Assembly (NCBI GenBank): GCA_965112155.1
Contig: OZ218098.1
Source of the DNA: Podarcis liolepis
Taxonomy: Eukaryota
Reading direction: 5' to 3' (one strand)
Length of the DNA: 64,000 nucleotides
Shown here: piece after piece, positions 50,301 to 61,916 of the stretch
Layout: every line of letters starts with the position of its first letter
How positions within the stretch are numbered: the first letter of the stretch is position 1
Notes under the pieces: generated by a model
Seen by the model: the letters and a program-made list of their open reading frames with translations, nothing else
Databases searched by the model: none
Told to the model about the DNA's origin: nothing
Position numbers and translations under genes: made by a program

Positions 50301-53300
50301 TGTTCAAGGTACTGTCTCTTTACCTTTCGTTGCCGCTGATGTGTTCATTCTTCCCTGTCTCTTTGTCCCCTGCTCCATTCCCTTCCAAAATGCTTGTTTC
50401 TTCCACACTGAAACCAACAGAAGTGCTTTGTGTACATCATATGTGCAACCTTTAGGACCACTGTGGGACTTGACCTCTCGTTCTAGAGGACCTGTTCATG
50501 CAGGCTTCTTGCCCACTGAGCTACGATGTAGGGTAGCTGTTGTGAAAGGAATAACACTCCTTCCTTTTAATTCTGGCCTTGACTATTGTCCTGTCCAAAA
50601 GTGTTGTTTTTAGGGTTGTTTGCTGACTGTAGCTAGAACTGTAGCCCTGAAACTAATCACACCCTCTCCTGGCAGTCACCTCAAAACTACTGTGATCTGA
50701 TCACAATTCTCCCAGTGTATAATTTTGTTCGTGAGATAACTTTTATAGGGTTTGTTTAGTAACAAATAATCATTGCAATAATCATTGTGTATCAATGTTC
50801 AGTAGTAATAATAGCAGAATGTGTCACACGTAAAACACCAACAATCCTGTATGCATTGCAATAAGTATTCCCGAAGAAGCTAATAAAGATCACTACCCTT
50901 CAGTTAACTTCCTCAGTTTCGACATAGGTGGTTTTCACCTTGCCTTCGCTGAGAGAATGCAAAACCTCCCCCCTTCCACATTTACTTTGATATTCCCTTT
51001 TGTTTTTTGTTCAAACCACTCCATGGCCTCTTTGATCATCGTTTGTGCAATACTGTCTGTGGCAGCCTTTGAACAACATGCTGAGCACCTATCATCCCAC
51101 AACTACAGCACTTGCTCTCTGCACTTCCTTTCCTAGGATGGGATGAAAATCCTGGTTTAATAGTTAAATAAATAACAATGTTGTGTTTGGGCTTCTGGGA
51201 CTGAGAGGTCCTAGCCTACTGTTGATAGCAAATATTTATTTCCTCCTCCCAGAGCTCTTGGGAAAGACTTGCATATGGTTCAGAGAAAGTTTCCCATCCA
51301 GGCAGCTTACAGGACCAGACCTGCATAGCTTCAGTAGAGAACTGTGTCACATGCCTAGTTCAGATAATTCAATCAAAAGGAAAGGAAAATAATTCACAGC
51401 TCAAGGATGGTGGAATAGGCAGGACAGTGAATTCTGAAATTAGAAAGTTTGGACATAAACTGAAGCCCAGAAATTTAGGAAGCTGTAGCTGGGAACAGAG
51501 ATAGAGAAACCCGAGAGAGGGAAGGAGGGAGCATGATGGTGGGAGCTAGGAATATTTGGATGCAGAATGAGGGCTGCTTCCAGACAGGTTTTTCTTGTAT
51601 ATTTATTCTGCTATGTTCCATCAATACCAGTGAGCATTTCATAGCTGCCATAATGGGGGAAAGGAAGGTCAAATTTGCTGAGTGGCCACTTAGAAAACAA
51701 GTTGCAAGCCATGATTTAAAATAAAATCAATTTATTGAATGCTAGCAGTTTATTCATTTAAGCATGATTGCTCTTTGCTTTTTGTGAAATGTCAAAAAAA
51801 AAAAATGTTTGTTATGGATTGTTTTGAAGTTTCTAAGAAAGAACGCAGGTTGATAAAATGGTGGTGACCAGAAAGGGTTCTTGCCCTCTGTTTTCTAAAT
51901 TAGAGTTCTAGTGCTATAGCACTCTTTCATTTTAAGCCATAGGTGGACAACATGTGGCCCCAACCTCATTTTTGGTAGCCTCCCAATATCTCCCCCAGTT
52001 GCCGCTGTCTTCTATCCTACTTCTGTTCCTTCTTACATTTCCTGGCTTTTTATAGTGTTTCTCCCCTTTTCTATATAGGTCTAAAGCAATTAGAAAGAAC
52101 AGTATTTTATTTGCTAAAACTAAATGTCATTACTTACTCATTTTTTGCTTGGTTGTTTGACTTGGGAAGGAACTCACCCCCCCCTGTCTAAAAACTTGTT
52201 GGTAGGCTGTTGCCATGTGTATATCTAGCAAAATGAGAAAGCAATTACTTTCACTTGCTTTCCAAAAACCCAAAAAACTGTACTGGTCTGTTTTACTACT
52301 GAAAACAGTAGTAAAGTATACCTCTGTATACTTTCTTGTGAGCAACTCCAGCAAACCCGGTGGAGCTTACCTGCATAGGTTTGGGAATTCTAATTGAGAT
52401 AGCCATGATGAAAATTGAAGCAGGGTGGTCTTTGTTCTGGATTAGTCAGAAAGTTGTCTTAGCACTAGAATGGTGTTATAAAATGGTACCTGCTACAAAG
52501 GTTATAGTGAATATGTGCTGAACTGTGATAGGTTCACCATCTGATAATCAGATACTGCCTCAAAAAACAAGCAGAAGAGGAGTGGCAAGAGCACTTACAC
52601 TAGTAGATATTTTGCCTTCTGCTTTCAAAAGTATCTGACCTTCTGCAGTAAGAAAAAAAAGACAGAAGCAGCACTAGGGAAAACATGAGAGGATTCCAGA
52701 ATGTGCGTGAACAACGCATGTCAATTTGACACTAAATCCTCAATGAGGAAGCAACCTGGCCTCTGGGTTGTTTCTTCTTTGGTGTCCTGTTCAGGTCATG
52801 AAGACGAGTCCATGGGGGCGGGGGGGGGTTTGCAAAGCAGCACCAAGGAGAGCTCCTAGTGAGCAACATGTTCCAACAGTGCCTGAGACAGTAATGAATC
52901 CTTTCATGCCTTGGCAGTTGGGGAACCCCATGCTGGGTTCCACCTCAGCCTTGAAAAGTGAGCCGCCTTAAAGGGTCAGCTCTTGGCCTAGAGGCTTGCA
53001 TTTTGCTGCCCCTATGGGAGGTCATGCCAGACTTGCTGCCTGTGTTTCCCCACAAACTCTGTGTATAGTATGAGGCCCCTGGGAGGTAAGTATGCCGGTC
53101 CTAGGCAGTGATGCAGGCTCTGGTCCAAGCTCAGGAGTTCCCAGTTAAGGGATCTCTGTCTTCTTGGTTCCAGAATCTCTGGAATCTTATTCTAGGATAT
53201 CCCTGGTTCAGTGGTGGTGCTTGGTCCCAGCGCTGCCTTGGTAACACTATTGGTTCCTCAGCCTTTGAGGCTGTCATGATACCACACTAGCAATCACAGT

Positions 53301-56300
53301 TGCCCACCTGGGAGAAAAGCTGGGAGCAGAGGCTGCAGACAGAAAAATCCCCTTTGACACATTAAACCTGGGGCCCTTGATGTAGTGTCTGTGGGTGCCA
53401 CAGTACCCTCGGACACCTCTCTTGGAACCTGCCACAGCTTTCTGCTCTTCTTGTTTTTTAATTTAGTGGTTTTTTAATATTTACTTTGGGAGATTTGGTG
53501 AGAGGGTGCATGGTTGCTGTTTGTTGGCTAGATGTTGCCTGTTTTGGTGGGGTATAAGTGTTTTGTCTGTGGGTTTTTTGCGGGGGGGGGGGTGTTTCTA
53601 AGCATTGCCAGCTTCTGTTCTGTGAAGTGGGTATTTTGTGTTGCCCATTTTGATTTCTTAGATTTACAAATGCATCTCCGACTTCCCAAAATGTTGGGGA
53701 GCCTGCATTAAACAAACAGGTGTCATTGGGGCCTATGGAATCCTCTTGGCTGGTTCCACTGGGTCTTGCTAAAAAACTGGGGTGTTTATAGGATTGCTAC
53801 CTCTCCTGGCAGATGAGTTGTCATTGCTCACTTGCATATATGAATAGAGCTAAATGTGTGCAAATTAAAATTCCAAGGCTTCTCATTAATGCCTGTCTAA
53901 GCCAAAACAACATACTGGATAGTTAGGAAACTGGTTAGCCTGATTTACTAGGCCAGATAGCAATCAGCTTATTGGCTGCTTCTATTGTCCTAAATAAAAG
54001 CCACCAACTCCTCATAAACACACTTAATCACAAATCTTATCTATCTGATGTGTACTTGCATACTTCATAAAACACACATACTTAATCCTTCGTGCATAGG
54101 ATATTTTGTCACAGGGTGTGTGTGTGTTCATGTGTGTTACTGCTTGTAATATGAAACCTTCCCTGGCAGCAGACTTTTGAACAGAGTTTGTCTTCTCCCA
54201 TTGATAAACTCAGTTCTGGAAATTCCCCTCTGCACAGTGAAACAATGCTGGGCTATGGGGATTGCAGCCTGCAGCTTGTGCTGTGGGAGCTTGCGTGACT
54301 CCAGCGCATCTCAGAGAGTATAAACAAAGCCAAAGCCAGAAACGTGCTCTAATTATAGCTGGCAAGCTTTGCAATGGTGAGAGACTCTATGGTGCCTAAG
54401 AGTTCCCATCCTCACCTCCCCATTCAAATTGCTCTTAACTGGAGGGTTTGAATGGATCTCCAAGGTCAGCTAGTACAACTCCTGGCCCCAAAGTTTGGCC
54501 TCTGGCAGCAGCCTGAGATCCAAGCAATAGTATGACACCAGAGCACAGGAGACTAAAGGACAACTACCTTAACACTGCACCCCTGTGCACTCTTTTAGCT
54601 TAGGAGTGAGGTCCATTGTGTACAGGGGAAATAATTTCTAATAAGTAAGGTAATAAGTAAGCATAGGCCTAGTCTGCCTGTTTATTTAATATATATTCTA
54701 CCTTTCCCCCAAGTTGTTATAAAATACGAAGTGGTCAAAAACAATAGTTAAAAATACAACAAAACACATTTAGAACCAGCTTTAAAATATGGATTGCCCA
54801 GATAGCAGTCCAGTGGTCAATGTACTCTGCACCTAGTTTTCATTGGTTGGTTTAAACAGGGAGCTCTTTGCCTTGTCCATTGCCGCAGTGGGCCTTAGTA
54901 GGATCTTCTCACCCTGGCATGGTGGTCTCTAGGGCTTTCCAGGCTCAAAGCCCAGAATGTTGGGTGGAACTCCATTCTGGAAAATGTAAGGCAGCAACTA
55001 CCATGGCTGCCAAAGAGGTCTTAGCTGCAAGGTCTTGACTTTTGCCCCCTTGAATCCTGGCAGAGGAGAGGAAAGCAGTAACTGCTCCTGTCTATCTGGG
55101 TCAGGTGGTCAGTGAAGGACCTCTTGTAGCAGAGGGAAGAGGATTGTGTTGTGGAGACTGAGGCTCAGTACACCCCAGAGCATTAACGCCCATGGGGTAG
55201 TCATAACTCAGGACTATTGACCAGTAACCTCAGCATAGTAGGAATTGTGCATTGTTCAACAGAGACTGAAGCGGGTGACAAGAGCAAGAAATTGCTACAG
55301 ATTTGGACAGTGAAAGTGTGGAGATCTGACTCACCTGTACCCCCATGTTCAGATAAGCGTGTCAGGAGGAATAAGGCAAGATCCTGTTTTCCCTGTATCT
55401 CCTTCTCCCATGCTGCCTAGTACAGACTCTGTCTATAAAGTCACCAGCCTGGTCCCTGGCAGAACAAATTTTAATAGCTCACTTGATCACACAAGTGAAG
55501 TGGGCTTGGGGGTTGGGGGAATAAATTTATTCCAGTTTGCAAACTCATTCTTCCTTAATCATCTGGAGGTGAACTCTACTCACCTATTTCACAAGTGTGG
55601 CCTAATGTGATGTGAAGCAAGAGTTGTGGTACGGGAGCCAAAGAACACTCCTCTCCCAATGTGCACATATAGAGGTCTAAGAGCTAATCACCCATGGAGG
55701 CGACAGGGACTGTTTGACAAGATAGCATTCACAGGCCTTAGGCCATCAGACAAGGGGATGAACAATCAGGCAGTGCTTAAGCTTTGAAGCTGAGCAGCTG
55801 TCTGAAATAAAAGGACACCAGTCCCTTATCTGTCGTCCTGAGGGGCTGGGATCAGAAGTGCCGCCTCATCTTTATCAAGGAACATAGTTTGTTGTTTTCC
55901 TATGGGCCAAAAGACAGTGTGATATGGAAGATCTATGATCAGGTCTCCAAATGCCTTTTTCTTGGTTAAAAGCAGCTGCTGGGGAGTGGGGCTGGATAAA
56001 GGGTAGGGCTGTGGCGCTGAAGAGGGGCTGGTTAACCCTTCACCTATCTCCAAAATCTCTTGCCTGAAACCTCTGTTACTTGAGGGGATAGGATTGCCAA
56101 AGGTGTAAAGTGCTGTGATTTTTGCTGTGACTTGAAAAGGCCATGCCTGTTGGAATGCCTGCTATGTGTGTCTGACAGCGGGGGGCCACAACAAGGACTG
56201 GGGAATCTACCACATTCCAGGTGTTGTTAGACTCCAACTCCCATCAACCCCAGCCAGTGTGGGATGAAGGGAGATGTAGCCAAGCAAAATCTGAAGGGCC

Positions 56301-56449
56301 ATCCCTTTCAGGTTTCGCCATCCCTGGAATAAGCTCATGGGCAAGCCATTAAGCCTACACACAACTGTACTGTGCAAGTGCAATGGAGGATCTCATGTGG
56401 GTGGTGAGCATTGCAATGGCAACTAAGTGAAATGTGCTCTTTCTTGCAG

Positions 56450-56826
56450 GTTTCCGGGAAAGTGCTTTTGCCTATGCCATTGCAGCCGCAGGGGTGGTAC
56501 ATGCTGTCTCCAATGCATGCTCCCTGGGCAAGCTGCAGGCATGTGGCTGTGACCAGAAGCGCCGTGGAGATGAGGAAGCTTTCCGCCTCAAGCTGCACCG
56601 TCTCCAGCTGGAGGCCATGAACCGAGGCAAGGGGATGATGCATGGAGTGCACTTGGAACACATGCCAGCTGAGGCCCCAGGCCTGCAAGACTCCTGGGAG
56701 TGGGGGGGCTGCAGCCCCGATGTGGACTATGGGGAAAAATTTTCCAAGGACTTCTTAGATTCCCGGGAGACCTACCGAGACATCCACTCTCGCATGAGAC
56801 TGCACAACAACCGTGTTGGCCGGCAG
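56450..56826 (+). CDS. WNT10A: Wnt-10a, coding exon 3 (exon 4 not found in window)
   Basis: Acceptor ctctttcttgcag ending 56449, donor CAG|GTGAGC at 56827. Translates [29 protein letters not shown]...[17 protein letters not shown]...[12 protein letters not shown]...[12 protein letters not shown]. Confidence 0.97.
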
Positions 56827-57077
56827 GTGAGCTGAAAGCGCAGCGATGGGTTGGGTGGGGAGTTGGAGTCAAGGCTTGGAAAAAGGTTTCCGGGAGGGAG
56901 TCAATAACCCAGACAGTTCCTGATCTATAGAAATAAAAGAGGCTGATCATTCCAGCTCAGACACTCATCTACCTGGTTGGTCCAAGATGGTTTGTGCAGG
57001 GCTGGCGTAACTGAGAAATGCTGTCTGCATTTAATGTGATGGCAACTTCTAATTCAATCAGATGCAGACTTGAGTCA

Positions 57078-57393
57078 GGGCTTATCCACACTTACCTTTT
57101 GCCCTGCTCTTTCCAGGCACAAGCCTGTGCTTAAAAGCTCTGTGTCTGAGCATTTGTTTCCTTTTACTTTTTTTGCCCTGGAGCTTTCCCCTCACCCATA
57201 GTTTAGCATTCAGTGGGAACAAACATCAGTTTGCGTTTTGGGCATATTGCTGTTTGCTCTGATTGAGCTTTAAAAAGCAGGTTTTCATGGGGAAAGCTCC
57301 AGAAGGGTGGGGAGAAAGGGCACTTGGACATGAAGATTTAAAGCGTGGACCATGCCTGGAAAGAGCGGAGGAAAGGTAAGTGTGGATAAGCCC
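57078..57393. mobile_element. Foldback MITE, PIF/Harbinger-like
   Basis: Long TIRs GGGCTTATCCACACTTACCTTT / AAAGGTAAGTGTGGATAAGCCC extending into an imperfect whole-element inverted repeat. Superfamily inferred from the GGGC...GCCC termini. Confidence 0.8.
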
Positions 57394-58643
57394 TCCCATA
57401 GTGTACTGTGCTTGCATTCTGCCAGTGCTTGATCCCTGCCTGGAGCAATCTGAGAACCAAGAGCATCAATTGTGGTTTGTTTACCAGCAGAAATGATAGC
57501 ATGGTAGGGTCATCCTCATCTCTGTTTCCCTGATGCATAGCTTCTCATACTTGCATTTTAGATGAAGCAGAAGTGTGGAACGTGCAAGAAAATTATGGTA
57601 ATTCAAGAGATTTATTGTTCTGTTTAACTACTTAATCCATAAGAAAAGGCCCCGTTGCGCTGCATACTCAAGTCTGATTCCAAGCTCACTGGAAAGCAAA
57701 TAAAACACCCATGATTAGAAGCAGTTTACTTCTAGTCACTGAATGCTTAGAGCAAACAGGGCATGGACTGTATTCATCTATTTGTTGACTATTTATCCCA
57801 CCATGACTAGAATGACTATTATGTTATCCTTTGCTTATGAGACTGACATGGCATTTGGCTGGACACGATGTGCATGAGAATGCTGAAAGAGATGGACCAT
57901 CTGTTTTCTTACACTGCTCGGTGGATTTCTGCTTTCCATAAGAAGTGAGCATAGATCTGGCTGCAGAATTGCAGCAGCAACCTGCCCAACATAGGGATAG
58001 TTTTCATACCTTGATACCCTCATAAGTGGCACAAGGGAGCAAATTCTTAAAGTAAATAGAGAAGACCATGTTTTCACTTTTGCCATAAGAAGAGCCTGCT
58101 GGACCAGGCCAGTGGCTCATCTGCTCTAGCATCCTGTTCTCTCAGTGGGTCACCAGATGCATGTGGGAAACCTGCAAGCAGGACCCGAGGACAAGAATAC
58201 TCCATTCCTGAAGTTTCCAGCAACTGGTATTCAGAAGCATGTGGCCTCTAACACTGGAGGCAGAGCAGAGCCTCCATCATGGCTAGAAGCCCTGAATTTG
58301 TCTAAAATTTACTAGCCAAAATGTATGCATTCCTGACATGCACAAACTGTACAATGACCAGTTCCAGCACTATATTTTCCTGGTGTAAACTGCCTTGTGA
58401 AATGGAGCCTGTAAAGTGGCAGCTGGTGTTGCCACAGTCAGCCCTTTGTGACATGCTTTTAAAATCCTGTCCTTGTGAACACACAAACACCGTCTCCTTG
58501 CACAAAAGTAGCTCAGGATGATTAAAGCTGTTGATCTGCTTAATGATCTGCATGCACATCTCTGAAATTGCTCTGTATTCAGAATATTTGTTGTTCACTG
58601 AGCAACCATCGAGCTGCAGGTAGTAGAGATACTATCTGTACAT

Positions 58644-58723
58644 GCATCTGGCAAAGTAGATTCTGGCCCATCAAAACTTACGCTACAATATATTTTAGTT
58701 TTTAAGGTGTCAAAGAATCTTTT
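58644..58723 (+). mobile_element. Old Penelope-like remnant with degenerate hammerhead motif
   Basis: GCATCTGGCAAAGTAGATTCTGGCCCATCAAAACTTACGC...TAGTTTTTAAGGTG resembles a decayed CTGANGA-stem-GAAA motif followed by the PLE ...TTTAAGGTG segment. Confidence 0.55.
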
Positions 58724-59128
58724 TTTCCTGCATGGCACATACTGAGATGTAGATCAGCCAGTGCAGTAACCCCCATCTTGGAGAAGAGCATTTGTGAGGT
58801 TTTGAGAAAAGCTTGATTCAGTCAAGCACATCATTCTGCTGATTTAGGTTTGAATGCTAAAATACTGAACAGTTTGAGTGGGTGGCCACCCATGATCTGA
58901 GCTAGGTTCAAGCCTCTTTATTCCCCCACAACTAATAGTTCTACAGGAAAATCCAGTGAGAGTTACTATTACTAATTCATTACCTGCAACTAGAAAGTGG
59001 TTTTATAATAACAAAAGATGGATGAAGAAGTTAATTGCTAAGGGAAGAAAATGGCAATGAACATTTTCAGTGGAAGTAAGCCTAGCAAAAATTGTGCAGT
59101 CATCTCTAAGTTGTACAGCTGGGGAGGG

Positions 59129-59311
59129 TAGTAGATAGGTAGCCGTGTTGGTCTGCCATAGTCAAAATAAAAAAATTCCTTCCAGTAGCACCTTAAAGAC
59201 CAACTAAGTTAGTTCTTGGTATGAGCTTTCGTGTGCATGCACACGAAAGCTCATACCAAGAACTAACTTAGTTGGTCTTTAAGGTGCTACTGGAAGGAAT
59301 TTTTTTATTTT
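59129..59311. mobile_element. Penelope-like retroelement terminal-repeat insertion in inverted (palindromic) arrangement
   Basis: GGTAGCCGTGTTGGTCTG...AGCACCTTAAAGACCAAC...GAGCTTTCGTGTGCATGCACACGAAAGCTC resembles reptile PLE terminal repeats. Flanked by a perfect 12-bp direct repeat AGCTGGGGAGGG (59117-59128, 59312-59323). Confidence 0.8.
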
Positions 59312-59674
59312 AGCTGGGGAGGGCCAACCTTTTTCTATTGATGGACACATTTGAGGGTCACATTCCCGTGGGAGTAATCTGTCAGACAACAGTAGAGTCA
59401 GAAGTGGGTGCAGCTACTCCCTTTCTGTCTTTTTGCCATCCACTTCTCTCCCCCCCTTGTCCTTTTCCACCTGTTTTTCCCATTTGCCACTCACACGAAG
59501 TTGGGCCAAGAGTTGCAGATTCCTCACCAGCATTGTATAGGTACACCTATCTGATCTGATGCATCCATTTCTAATAACATGCAAACAGAAAAAAGAGGGA
59601 TGTCTGCATGGACTTGCCCACTCCCTTGAAGAGAATGGGGAAGCCCCTTAGAGGCAGGGTGCTTCCAGGTGAAA

Positions 59675-59950
59675 GGTTTATTGAGCATTCATTCTGATTT
59701 GTTTTCAGGGAGGTTAGATGACATTGCATCAAAGCAAGTGTTATCCCACACTTGCTTTGATGCAGTGTCACCTCACCTCCCACACTTTCCAGTGCATTAT
59801 CCCATCACTTCCCTTATTTCCAAAAGTCTTATCTTTTGGCAGGTGGGTTTGTTAGTTGACTTTCCAATCAACTATAATTGCACAACCTGAATTTGATGGT
59901 ATATGAATCCTACCTGAATCTCACCTGAAAATGGCAACAGTCTGGAAGTG
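59675..59950. repeat. Second, inverted copy of the 5377-5810 repeat
   Basis: TGAGCATTCATTCTGAT, AAGTGTTATCCCACA, TTCCAATCA, AATTGCACAACCT and GAATCTCACCTG match the reverse complement of the 5.4-5.8 kb copy. Confidence 0.7.
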
Positions 59951-60014
59951 TTAGGCAAGCATTTGGATGGATTAATTTATGCAGCAAGATGATTGATCGG
60001 AGGACCTATTAAGG

Positions 60015-60174
60015 CAGGCATGTCCAAAGTCCATTTCAGGGGCCTAATCCGACCCCTGTGGCAGTTTATTTCCTGGGGTAAAATCCTAAAAAAAAGTCTA
60101 CAACCTTGGTCGGCCCTCACGGCCCTTCACTTCATCAAATCTGGCCCTCTTTGAAAAAAGTTTGGACACCACTG
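60015..60174. mobile_element. hAT (Charlie-like) MITE
   Basis: Termini CAGGCATGTCCAAA / TTTGGACACCACTG; TSD degenerate. Confidence 0.6.
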
Positions 60175-61858
60175 TACTTAAGGCTACTATCATTTGTCTA
60201 TCATAGACAAAGTTCTTCAGCAAAAATAGCTTTTGGCTGCACTTGATACCTGTGAACAGAGCTGTGTGTAATCTGTGACCACTCTGTGCAAGTGTAGAAG
60301 TAAGCATTGGAGACACCTTAATTTCATTTTAACTTCAGTTGTTTAGGTCAAAATTCAAAACCAGTACTTTGAATTGTTCCTGGAAAGCAGCAGGAAGCCA
60401 GTGCAGGTGTTCAAGCACTAGTATAATGTGTTCCATATTTTAGAGAGAACGATTACTTAACAATGCATTTTTTTGTAATTTAAGAGAAATAGTGTTCTAA
60501 TTATAGCTTAGTGCACCAGACATCCTCAAGGGTAGTATATGTAAGTGAAAACTGAGCAGTGCTTAACATTGCAAATTAAATAATATAGATGCATGACTGC
60601 AGACAAAAAAGCTTGTTACCTTAAAATGACTTCTGCCAGCACATCCACTTCCTCTATTACCTCTCAGTCTGCATCCTAAAAAGAAATGTTCCTAAAAATT
60701 GCATTGTTGAACTCAGAAGACAATCTGCAGTAATTTAGGATTGTTGCGCATCATAACAGCCTTTAGTCTTTTGCTCATCAGTTTATTTTATGATATATGT
60801 TTAAAGTACCAATTACGTGAAGTGGCCACAATGTATGTATGGTAAATTGAACTCTATTTTGGATTCACCATTCCTAACTATAAAGTCAGCCACAGTGAAC
60901 ATCAGTACTTGAGATACATCACATTAGGATAGAAGGAAGCCCATGAACTGTGTCATGTTACTTATAAGTAATCTCAAAATAAGGTATACAAGAGAGATGT
61001 CCAGTCGTATAGGGCCAACTTCTATTTATATGAGTTCATCAATTACAAGTACTGAAGGCTGGCACATCCAGATCCTGAAAGTGCTCCAGTGCCTTACAAG
61101 AATTTTCTAGAAGGGGTCATGGGTGGCTTTTCTGCCTCTGCATGACTTTGATGTGAAAAGCCATACATGGTGAAGCTTGGCCTTCTGTGTAAATCGTAAA
61201 AGGTGCATGAGTCCTCTCACACAATCAGCAGGTATGCAGTGAGCTGGGGAGTTGGTCCAATAGGACTGTTTTAAGAATCCATTGGAAAAGCAAGTGACTG
61301 TCCCACTGATATATACCACTGAGAACTAACTCATGTATGTGTTAAGCAAGACCACTTCATGCCAGCACTGCCAAGGGCTGCTGCAACAAACAGCAGTACA
61401 AGCCTTTGAGAGGCAGAGACATGAGAGGGCATCAGAGGAAGCAGGGAAGGAAGGAAAGAGGGACAGAGGCAGGCACCCCGACCATCATTCAAGGCACCCC
61501 AAGGTGCCACAACGCACTCGTTGAAAATCACTGGCCTGAAATGTTTTCCTTTCTCTCTATCATTCCTTTGAGATGGAAAGGTAAAATCTGCAGTTCAAAT
61601 GCCCTTGCTGTGTTGATATAGGAGAAATCTAATCCATGTTAATGACTGCTAATACAGGTTAAGCCTTCCTCCTGTAAACAAGCCTGCCCTAACTCTGACC
61701 TTTTGGCTCCTTGACAAGGGGGAAGGAGCCCTGCACTCTCTGCCTAATCCATCAGAGTCAGACCACTCTGCCACTGCTTTGTATCTGTGCATTTAGGAGA
61801 ACCATGGTTCCACCAAGGTTGGTACAAGAATCAGTGCTTTTGAAATCCAGGGAAATCG

Positions 61859-61916
61859 AGGTTATGTATGGGATACTTGGATGGAACAGGTTATGTATGG
61901 GATACTTGGATGGAAC
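61859..61916. repeat. Perfect 29-bp tandem duplication
   Basis: AGGTTATGTATGGGATACTTGGATGGAAC x2 (61859-61887, 61888-61916). Confidence 0.95.

Noticed and set aside
41545-56826. Assignment as WNT10B
   Set aside because: [28 protein letters not shown] and RRGDEEAF, plus tandem linkage downstream of WNT6, indicate WNT10A.
59221-59260. Functional hammerhead ribozyme
   Set aside because: Stem II and GAAA are present, but the CUGANGA box is missing on both strands, so the core is incomplete.
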